Shown in pieces: positions 46,078 through 58,000 of a stretch of 64,000 bases of DNA. Under the pieces are notes generated by a model. It saw only the letters and a program-made list of their open reading frames with translations, was not told where the DNA came from and made no database searches. Source of the DNA: Blastocystis sp. Blastoise (lineage: Eukaryota; Protista; Bigyra: Opalinata). Location: the NCBI GenBank assembly GCA_039096225.1, contig JBBPEB010000027.1, positions 930,001 to 994,000 on the forward strand, written 5' to 3'. Each line of letters starts with the position of its first letter. Within the stretch, counting starts at the first letter, position 1. A program made the translations under genes and the position numbers.

Positions 46078-47913
46078 ATGAAATTTATATACTTGTTGTG
46101 TTTTGTATTACCTATCTTAGGTGAATTTGTTCTTAGTCCTGCTATAGGCAGTCATATGGTGTTACAGAGAGCTCCTAATCATGCTTCTATTTATGGTAGT
46201 ACTGATGTTGATGATACTGTAACTGTGACTTTTAAGGATGAAGAAATTGTAGCTAAGATTGAAGAGAATGGTTTATGGAGAGCTCTTCTTCCTGCTGTTG
46301 AAGCTGATAATGTTGAATATAAGATAAAAGTTGCTTCTAAGAAATTTAATAAAGAAATTGTTCTTGAAGATATTGTTTTTGGTGATGTTTGGCTTTGTTC
46401 TGGTCAGTCTAATATGGAAATGACTGTAGGTATGTCTTTCAATGCTGAAAAGACTTTCCAAGAATCTCTTCTTTATCCTAATATTCGTCTTTTTTCTATT
46501 TCTCATAATGAACAAGATACTGATTGTTGGGATGATGTAACTACTCAAATTGTACAACTTCCTTGGTCTCGTGCTAGTCCTGAAGCTTTAGGTAAAACTT
46601 CTTCTGATTGGAGTCATTTTAGTGCTACTTGTTGGTATTATGGTCTTCATTTACATAAATCAATTAATGTTCCTGTTGGTTTAATTGCTACTTCTTGGGG
46701 TGGTACTAATGTTGAAGCTTGGAGTGCTCCTTCTGTTTATACTGAAGAATGTCCACAAAATAATGGTTTTGAAGATATGAGTATAAATCCTGATTCTTCT
46801 TTCTTTTCATCTTTAAAAGGACCTAATGAAAATCATTCTTCTCTTTGGAATGGTATGTTACATCCATTTATACGTACTACAATTAAGGGTGCTATTTGGT
46901 ATCAAGGTGAAGCTAATGAAGGTAATGTTGGTAATCGTGAAAAGAAATCTGGTTATGCTTGCCGTTTCCCTGCTATGATTGCTTCTTGGAGACAATATTT
47001 CTCTCAATTAGAAGGTACTACTGATCCTAATTTCCCATTTGGTTTTGTTTCTATTACTCCTTGGTGTGAAGGTTCTTGTGATCCTGCTAATCAAAAACCT
47101 GATACTTTTTATGGTCCTGCTGAAATTCGTTGGGCTCAACAAGCTAATTATGTAACTGTTCCTAATCCTTCTATGCCTAATGTATTTATGGCTATGGATT
47201 ATGATTTAGAAGATATTATGATTCCTGCTCCTCCTGCTGGTCAAATACATCCTAGAAATAAGAATAGCGTTGGTGAACGTCTTGCTCTTGCTGCTTATAA
47301 ACAAGTATATGGTGCTAAAGTGACTCATACTGGTCCTGTTCTTGAATCTTGTGTTAAGAGTAATAATACTATTACTATTTATTTTGATAAAGAACAATTA
47401 AATGGTGAATTTATTGATATTAAACAAACTTATGGTTATGATGTTGAAATTGATAATAATAATCAATGGTATTCTGTACCTATTCTTCGTGTTGCTGATG
47501 AAAATGCTATTACTATTGATACGAGTAGCATTCAATCTAAAATTACTGGTGTACGTTATGCATGGAGAAATAGTCCTTGTTGTCCTCTTCTGTATTTATA
47601 GATTATTATATTTTTTAAATGTTTTTCTTTTAATAATATATTTTATTAATTATTATGGTTTATTATTATTTTTTTTATTAAATTATTATGGTTTATTTTT
47701 TTTTTATTATAGTATTATAATTATTATTTTTTATAATTATTATATTATTATATATTATATTTATTTTATTAATACTCTTTATATAGTCGTGCTAATTCGA
47801 ATAAAGTAAGTTGCCTTGAGAAATCATGTGCTGTCTATAGCTCTTTGAGTGATCTTCCTGCTGTTCCTTTTACTGTAAAGATTGCTGATGATAAATGTGT
47901 TATTCCCCAATAA
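46078..47913 (+). CDS. SIAE: Secreted sialate O-acetylesterase (SASA/SGNH family), 2 exons
   Basis: Signal peptide; SHMVLQR, GDVWLCSGQSNM, FSATCWYYG, PVGLIATSWGGTNVEAW, KGAIWYQGEAN, IHPRNK..VGERLA, VRYAW, LPAVPF. Single intron near the 3' end. Confidence 0.92.
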
Positions 47914-48082
47914 AGGAATAGAAACCATTTATGAATTATAGTTAGTGTATTGCTAATATTCTCATTGTTTTGTTTTTGTATATAATAATATTTATATAAT
48001 AATTTTAAAAAAATAAAACAATAAAATAATATTCGAAATTGATTCTTAAAAAAAATTTAAACTTATAAACATTTTTAATAAT

Positions 48083-48260
48083 TTATGCGAAACCACTTAA
48101 TCCAGCTTTTTCATAACTATATAAAATAATTATAATATGATTTATATATATATAGATATATATACACTGTATTTCTTTGCTCATCAATATCTCTAACTTT
48201 TCTCTTAAAGTCACCTTCACTAGAATAATAGACTAAAGCATTCTCAAAATCCTATATTAT

Positions 48261-48319
<59 letters not shown>

Positions 48320-49377
48320 TAATAATAATAAAAATAATAATAATAATATACAATATCATTGAGTTTCTTTTGTTTAAAAGATTGTTCTCTAATTTTCTTT
48401 TCTTCTTCACCAAATAAATCAACAAATAAATTTCTAAATTCAGGATCAGAACTATTTTTTAAACATATCTCTTTTATATCTACAGCTTTTTTATCATTAA
48501 TATATTTCTGTATAGTTATATCTAATGCTTTATCTGTATAATCTACTAATTCTTTACATAAACTAAGTATTAACTCTTCAGTTAATGTATCAGGAATCTA
48601 TACATATATATATATATATATATATTAAAAAATTATTTATTTAAAAAAATATTTATTAAATAAAATTATTTTTATAAACATAATAAATATTCTAATAAAT
48701 ATATATATATATATATACAATTGGTCTTTCTGGTTTCTTTCCAATAATTCGTAGAGCAAGAGCATTGATAATATAACTATATTTAAAAAACTCAATATCA
48801 TTAATACTAGCTAAATATTGACAAGTTTCAGCAAATTGAGAAGGATCAATTGATTCTTTCATACAAGCCTATATATAGTTATTATATTTGTAAAAAATAA
48901 TACTCTTTTTTTTATTAAAATACAGATATATATATATTTAAAACCATAGAAAATGATAAATAATTACTTGTTCTTCAACAATTTGAAGGACTTGCTCATA
49001 TTTTTCTTTTGAAAACTCTTCTATTTCTTGATCACTAATATCAGATCCACTAAGCTTAAGTTGCATCTGTTCAAAGTTTTCATAGAACACAGTCATCGTA
49101 TCAGATATAGAATGGCAAATTCTATTGATCTTCTCTTTAGCAACTAAAAAAATAATTATACACAAATTGATTCTAAAATACCATATTTTGTTAAATCATA
49201 GTCATCCTTGACCTATAGATATCATAAGAATGAATAAGAAATATTCATATCGAAAGGATAAAATACAATTTCTTCTTTTTTAGTAGTTTTTTTCATTCTT
49301 TTATAAAGAAGATATCCTACGAGTGATGTGCCTACTGCAGCAGCGAGAATAATGAATTGTTTTTTGTTACTATTCAT
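48083..49377 (-). CDS. Hypothetical helical protein with an N-terminal signal-anchor, 6 exons
   Basis: MNSNKKQFIILAAAVGTSLVGYLLYKRMKK. Six exons join in frame through canonical introns and end AGLSGFA*. Confidence 0.7.
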
Positions 49378-49497
49378 TTTGAATGCGAAAAAATACAAAC
49401 GAGGTGAATAAAAGGAATTCTCCTTTTACAACAAAGAAATACCGTGATTAAAATCAAATATTTTCAGTTTCTGTGTATCTACTCAATTAGACTTCCT

Positions 49498-50219
49498 ATG
49501 GGGTGTATACCATCTAAAGAAGGTATTTCGTACCGATTTCGATAGAGATATGACCTTATTATAGATCGTACAACAACTGTTACAGAACCATTGATCAAAA
49601 CAGATGAAATTGATGTTTATGATAATCGAACAAGTTATATGAGTGAAGAGAACGAAGCATCGTATAATCAAGGTGATGGACTTCAATTAGATTATGATCC
49701 AAAAGCTACAGAGCAAGCATTATGTAGAGAGATCGTTGATAAACTAGATATGCACCTTATTGATGTTGTTTCTATTGCATACTCGACACAAGGACAGAAT
49801 ACTCCTACTGCTTATTGTGCTGAATATTTGTAAGTTTGTTTCTTATTTGTTTTATTCAATATTATTATTATTTATATTTTTATTCATTCTATTTTTTTTT
49901 TATTATTTTATTTATATATATATAGTTCCTGTGTAAAAAAGGCATCGATCTCCGACAATATATTAAGAATTAATACTCTTCCTAATGTTCCTGAAGTTGA
50001 AGATATTCAAAATATTCTTATACAACCCTCCTTAGTCAACTCAAATACTTATCAAGAAGTATATTTATTATTTATTTATTTTTATTTATTATTTATTTTT
50101 TTTATTTATATTTATTTTTAATTATTTTTATTTTTAATTATTTATTATTTATTTATATTTATTTTTTTATATAGATTAAAAGTTTATCTTTTAAAATGAA
50201 TGAAATATTAGCTAAATAA
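49498..50219 (+). CDS. LAMTOR1: Ragulator subunit LAMTOR1/Ego1-like, 4 exons
   Basis: MGC N-terminus (myristoylation/palmitoylation), dileucine-like TEPLI, and EQALCREIVDKLDMHLIDVVS matching the LAMTOR helix. Confidence 0.75.
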
Positions 50220-50543
50220 TTCTATTTTATGTTTATTTCTAGTATTATAACTGATTATTTGTTGCTTATTGCGTTATATTTTTATTTTATTATCGGTTTT
50301 GTTCTTGTGTTCTTTATTTGTATTTTAATCTTTTTCAATATTTCGTTTGTCTTATTTTCTGTATATATATATATTAATACATAATATGATTAATAAACAC
50401 CTAATAAAGTTTTTAAAATGGTTAATATATATAATATAATATAAATACACACAAAAAATGAGTATAAATAGTATAAATAGAAATCATTATTGAATTAATA
50501 TAATATATAAATATAGCGGATAGTATTATTTATATAGTATAAA

Positions 50544-50811
50544 TTAAAGATATTGTCTCACAGTAGAATTTAAATTAATGAATGCTTCTTCAGGATTAAC
50601 ATCAGCAATATATAATATATTATTCTCTATTGTTTTTCTTAAAGCTAGAAAGAATAGTGTTTAAATTGTATAGTTTTATATTCATTATTATTTATAAATA
50701 TAGTTTATGAATTTTATTTTTGTTATACATATATATATATATACATTCAGGACAACGAGTTTTGATTTTATCTTCTAAAATCTGAGTCATTGTTGGTACT
50801 TTCTATATAAC

Positions 50812-50842
<31 letters not shown>

Positions 50843-50854
50843 TTAATAATAATA

Positions 50855-50889
<35 letters not shown>

Positions 50890-52915
50890 TTCTTTGTCTG
50901 GAATATTTTGGAAGAGTATATTAAAATCATTTTGAACGCATAAAGGTGATCCAACTAATAATTCATATATAACCATAGTTAATGCATATATATCACAACG
51001 TATATCTGAAATAGCACGAGGAGCACGAATATTTATGGGAATTGTACTAATAATTATAGTGTTATTATTACATATAATGATGGTAGTATTATAAAATTTG
51101 AATAAATAAAAAAATAAAAGTAAATATGCATTATATGTATTCAAATTCTATGTTGAAAAGAAATAATAAAATATTTATTATTATTGTATATATATACAAA
51201 GTAATAGAGTCAATTGGAATAACTTCCTTTTCATAATATTCTTTAGAATGACCGAAATCACCATATTTGAATATATTTTCACATAAATATATAGAATCCA
51301 TCTACATATATTATATTATATTATATTATATTATATTATATTATATTATATTATATTATATTATATTATATTATATATACACTAATATTTCTATGAACAA
51401 ATCCTAGATTATATATTTCTTTCAATCCATCAATTAAATGTGTACATATATTCATACGAACATCCATTCTAGGTCTATATATATATAATATTAATAATAA
51501 TAACTAGTATTATAATAATAATAATAATTTGTACAATAATTAGTATAACAATAATAATACTGAATATAAAATAAATACAATAATACATATATATTTATAT
51601 ACTTTGTAGTTTTAATATAGTCTCTTAGTGTTCCAGTGCACGTGGCATCTAAAACGGCACATAAATCAAGATCAGCTGTGAAAGAAATTCCTTGAATATT
51701 TAAAACATATTTATTATTAATCATTTGATATATATATAATTCTCGAAAAGCTTCATTGATTTCTTGCTTATTCGCATTATAAAATATTTTAACATCAACT
51801 AGGGTATTATTATATATCCTATAAATATATATATATAATATTTTCGAACTTATAAAATAATATAAAATAACTTAAATATATATATACATATGAATATGTT
51901 TATTAACAGAAAGAGCATTATTCCCACGGGGTTCACTTCTTAATAAATCAGATGGTATAAATAAACCTAGTATTATTATTATATTAAAAACAACTAACTA
52001 TATATATATATATATACTTTGAAAAGTAGAAGGAATTTTTTCTTGAATATGAGAAAGACGAAGTAATTCTTCATCTCTATATATATATAAATAGTATCTA
52101 TGTATTAATAATATATAAGTAATATATATCTATATATATATATATATATTATCTATATATTAATAATAAATAAGTAATATATCTCTATATTTACGTAAAA
52201 TATTTAACAAAGCAATAGCTCATATAACTCCTTAATAATTTAAAAGCATCAAGAAATGTGCATGACTATATATAAAATATAGAATAATAACTATTATAAT
52301 AATATTTATAATAATAATATTAATATAAATAATAATAACTTTCATGAATATATATATTTAAAAAAATAATGATAAAAAAAAAATCAATATATATATATAT
52401 ATATATATATACTTCTGTCCATTTATTCCATATAGATGTTTCTATATAATAGCTTCCTTGATAATAAAATTCATGAGAAGCTATTAATGGGTGTGTAGCA
52501 GGAATCCTGAGTATCACTATATATATATTATATATAAAAAAAAAACAAAAAAATATATATATATAAAAATATATATATAATTTATAAAAACATTGTTTAT
52601 ACATGGATCTATAACTAACAACGCAGGATAACTATTTGGAAATTCGTTATATTTTACAAAAAAACAAACTTCAATAGGTATATTATAGATATCTTCATCC
52701 AAAACCAATTTACCAAATATTTTCAAATAGGTATCATTATATTCAAAAACTAAATCATTTGATAAGTATATAATTCAAATTATACCATTAAGAACACTAG
52801 TAACTGTAAAAAACGAGCAGCTAGCCAATTCTGTAAATTGTTGAGATAATTTAAAAGTCTAAATATATCAGAATCATCGGATCAAATATGAAACTCTTAC
52901 TGTATTATTTGGCAT
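50544..52915 (-). CDS. UEV (TSG101-like) domain fused to a probable pseudokinase; multi-exon
   Basis: UEV-like LKIFGKL...IYNIPIEV...FPNSYPALLVIDP...WNKW. Kinase fold VDVK, EAFRE, GFVHRNIS, YGDFG, IRAPR, CDIYALTMVIYELLVGSP. Introns are canonical and in frame. Confidence 0.72.
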
Positions 52916-53650
52916 TCCTTCTATGATCTGAGTGCCAGCTAAGACCGGATTTGGGTTTGTATTTTCCATTATATCCAATTATTTACTCTAGATCAATTGT
53001 TCACAACACAAAAATAATTATTTTACTTATCTTTCAGAATATAATGACAGATTATAATAGAAATAAAATACTTTTATTCAACTTTTTAATAAATCTGGAT
53101 TTTCTTGATTATTCTCATTTGAAGAGAACAATTTCTATCTCTCCCACTATTACTTTTTTTTTCAGTTTTTATTAGAATGGGTTTCTATATATCATATATT
53201 TGCCATTTATTTCTGTGTGTCGAATGTTCATTATGGGTTATTGCCAACCATAATTTTAAATTGTATTAATATTCCCTAATTTTTCTAATTATGCTTGTTT
53301 TATGTGAATTAATAAAGAAAAACTAGTTTTAATTAATCAAAAAAACATGTTCTCTATAAAAAACAGCAACAGTCTCTGTAATATTTAATAACTTTTGGAC
53401 AAATTATTAATTTTGCCGTTTTTTCATCTATTTATATCATATTTTTATAGTTTACAATATGTTCATATGTTCTCTAAACAACTACTTTCATTGCAATCAT
53501 ATTTTTACAAAACAAAACAAATAAAGTAATAATTTATATTTTTCTAGTACATAATTTTTAAAAAAGCGAATAAAAAGCAAAAAAATTGAAAAGCAAAAAT
53601 AATATATATATATGTTATAATTTATATAATAAATAAATAAAATGAATAAT

Positions 53651-55000
53651 TTATTGTTGTTGAGTATATTCTCGTTTACCGTTTTCATCGATATTCTTTA
53701 AATAATAAACATTAGAGAAGCGTTTTCCATTAAATTGAGGAGTAAAAGGAAAATGTCCATATTGTTGTTCATGAATAAGACACATAGATTGATATTGTTC
53801 ACAAGTAATATCAACACGATTTTCTTTAAGATGATCTAAAATATTAGTATATAAGGGAAGACCTTTAATGTGAATAGAATACATAGAACTAGCACAACCG
53901 CTACCATAACTAAAGACTAAAATATCTTTATTAATTAAACTTTTTTGTTTTGAAGAAATTAAAGAGAGAAGATTTACATAAACTGCAGCAGTATAAGCAC
54001 TACCAATTTGTTGACAAGCAATAGCACTATCATAAGTTTTTTCTTTAAATAAATCTAATTTTTCATGTAATTTCATATGAGGTTTATCTTCATTACAAAG
54101 AGTAGTAAAAGCACGTTTTACTAGAGACTCAGTAGTACAATGGAATATAGAGTAATCATAATTATCTAATAAATCACCTTGCATACCTAATTTACTCATT
54201 TTTTCTTTATATCCATGAATACAATGAGTTAAAGCATCTACATAACAACCAACAGAAATAGGACCATTAAATACAGGAGCAGCTTCATGCCAACCTACAG
54301 GTTTATAGAAATCCCAAGTAGAATTCATATAAGTATAACGAGTAGGTTCAATAACAATAGGAGCATTAGGACCAATAAGCATACAAATACAAGCAGCACC
54401 ATTCATAAAACGATAACGTTCATCCCATTCAGCTATATCACAAGCAATAACTAAAGCGTAACGACCATCCCAAGCACTACTTTCTATCCAAGAAATACTA
54501 TTTAATAAAGCAGCAGTACCTCCATAGCAAGCAGTATAAACATCAACACCTTCAACATTCGTATTTCCTTCTTTTTCAAAAAGAGTCATTAAATATGTTT
54601 TAATGGATTTACTACGATCAGGCATACTTTCTGTACCTACTTCTAAACGACCAATATCTTTATAACTAATATTATATTGTTTCATCATATGAGTAAGTCC
54701 AGTCATAGCCATACTAACAGCATCTTCATTATCACCACAGAAAGTAATACGTTCTTGACCTAAACCTTTAGTATATTTACCTTCACATTGTTTATATATT
54801 TCATATTCACTTTGTTTTACACTAAATTTTGGAATATAACAATCCATAGCTAAAATACCTACATCTTTAGGACGTTCATGTATATTACAATTAGAAATAG
54901 AAGCAATAGTAGTAGCATTATTAATAGTAGGAACGACAGGAGATGAAGAAGGAGTAGAAGATGAAATAGTATGAGGAATAGAATTATTATTGTTAATAGA

Positions 55001-55033
<33 letters not shown>

Positions 55034-55042
55034 GTTAATAGA

Positions 55043-55078
<36 letters not shown>

Positions 55079-58000
55079 AGAATTCATATTCATTGTAGAT
55101 TTAGTAATAGAATGATGGTCATCATCTTTATGATTATTATTCATATATTTAGGTTGTTTCATAAATCCTTTATGAAATCCACCATTAGATAAACATTCAG
55201 CCATTCCAAAAGCTTCTTTAGCAAGATGTTTTTTATCTACAGGACGTCTCATACTTAATAAAGTATTTTTAATACCTACTACAGGACATTGAATAATATC
55301 TTTAGCAAGTTCAATAGCAGATTGTAAACATTCATTAATTGTACCATATACTTCATGAATCATCTTAGATTGTAAAGCATCTTTAGCAGATAAAGTATAA
55401 TCTTGAAGATATAAACTCATAGCATTTGTTTCACCTATTATAGTAGGTAAATTTTTAGATAATTCAAATCCAGGACAAACACCACGAGGTAAATTACCAT
55501 AATTAAATGAAGTATTTTCACAAGCTATACGATAATCAGTTAATAAAGATAAAGCAACACCACCACCTAATACTTTACCATGTAATATAGAGATAACAGG
55601 AATAGGTAATTCTTTTAATTTATTAAATATAGAATATATTCTATAAACAATAGCAGCAGTAGTTAATTTAGGTGCAGATTGAAGTTTACGAACAAGAGAA
55701 TAAGGATTAAAACCAACACAGAAATGATCTCCATTACCTCTTAAAATAATAGCTTTAATATCTTTAGATTGATGAATAGAATCAATTAAATGATCTATTG
55801 TATTAGCCATTTCTATAGTCATAGCATTTCCTTTTTCACCATCATTTAATACTAATTCATATATACCTTCTTGTAATTTATTTAAATAAACAACATTACT
55901 AGTATTTGTAGTATCAATATTCATATTCTTCATAGCATCTTTTACACTTAAAGATCCCATACATATTAAAGCTTCTTCATGAGTAGAAGCAGGACAAAAC
56001 TCTTTATATAATCCTAATAATTCATTACCTGATTTCTTCATACGACCAAGCATTCTTACTTTTTCTCTATGTAATTCTTGTTCATTACCAATAAAAGATA
56101 CTAAATGAATAGATTTAGCTTCTTCACTTGATAAAATATCTCCAAGAAGCATCATTCTCTTTAACGTATTCTTTTCAATAGCTTTTTGAGCTACAACAGA
56201 AACAACTCCAGGAAGACCACCTTGACGTATTTCAGGGAAACCAAATGTTGTTTCAGAAGTACATATACATAAATCACTAACACAAGGGAATAACATACCT
56301 CCACCACGAACAGCACCATGTATAATTGAAAGAATAGGCATCTTATATTCTTGTAAATAAGTAGATAATTCAGTAAATAATTCTAAAGCATATTGGAAGT
56401 TTTTATCTTTGAATTGATATTGATCTAAATCCATTCCTATACAGAATTCATTACCTTTATTAGTAAAAATAATAATCTTTTCTTTATTTTCTTTTAATGT
56501 AGTTAATAATTGTTCTAAAGAAGGAATACTTAATTTACTATGAGTAAATAATATTTCTACTGTATCATTATTTATACTTGTTTGAAAAAAAGTATTTTGA
56601 GATGTAGTATTTGTAGAAACAGAAGGAATACTATTTATAATAGTAGAATTAGAAGAAGATAAAGAAGGAATACTAGGAGTAATTGTAGAAGTGGAAATAG
56701 AAGGGATAGAAGTTATAACAGGTAAAACAGAAGGAGTAGAAACATTACTACTAGAAACAGTTATATGAGATACAGTTGAAGTAGTTAATTGACTTAAAAT
56801 ATCTTTACAACTAACACCACTTAATAAATCATTTTGAGTGAATGATTTCTCATAAGTACTATTTAACCAATTCATAAGTTCAACTGAAGCTAATGAATCA
56901 ATACCTAATTCAGTTAAAGGAGTTTCTATATCAACTTCATTCTTATCACAACCTAATAAATAAGCTACTTTTTCTTTAAGTTCTGATTCAGCTTGAGTTT
57001 TATTGATTGAGAGAGAAGGAGTAGTAGTAGATACGACAGTAGTTGCATAACTAGGAGTCATAACTTGTTGAATAGGTTGAACAATAGGTTGAATAATAGG
57101 TTGAGTAGGTTGAATAACAGTTTTAGAAATAGGTTGAACAATACTTTGAACAGATTGAGAAACAGATATAGTAGTTGATGGAGAAGAAGTAGTTTCCATT
57201 GATAATATATCTTTACAACTAACACCACTTAATAAATCATTTTGTGTGAATGATCTTTCATAGGTACTATTTAGCCAATTCATCAATTCTACTGAAGCTA
57301 ATGAATCAATACCTAACTCTGTCAAAGGAGTTTCTATATCAACTTCATCTTTTTCACAACCTAACAAATATGCTACTTTTTCTACTAAACTATCTCTATC
57401 AATATTCTTACCAGAAACATTTGAAGGAGTATTAATAGTAGAAGTACTAATAGAAGGTGTAGTATAACTAGGAGTCATAACTTGTTGAATAGGTTGAACA
57501 ATAGTAGGAGTATTTATAGGAGTTTGAATAGTATTAATAACAGATGAAGAAGAAATAGAAGGTTGATTATGTATTTCTGGAATAGAAGCAGGAGTAGAAG
57601 AAACAGAAGAGCCAGCTTTAGAAATAATATCTTTACAACTAACACCACTTAATAAATCATTTTGAGTAAATGATGTATTATAAGTACTATTTAGCCAATT
57701 CATTAATTCTACAGAAGCTAATGAATCAATACCTAATTCAGTTAAAGGAGCATCAACATCAACTTCATCCTTATCACAACCTAATAAATAAGCTACTTTT
57801 TCTTTAAGCTCAGATTCAGAAATAGAAATTAAAGTACTAGTTTGTGTAGTAGTTTGTATATTACTTTGAATAGGAGCAATAAAAGTAGGTTGAACAATAG
57901 AAGGAACTGAATATGTTATAGGAATAGAAACATTTGAAACAGAAAGAGGAGAAGATACTACAGGAGTAACTACATCATTTACAGAAGAAGAAGAAGAAGT

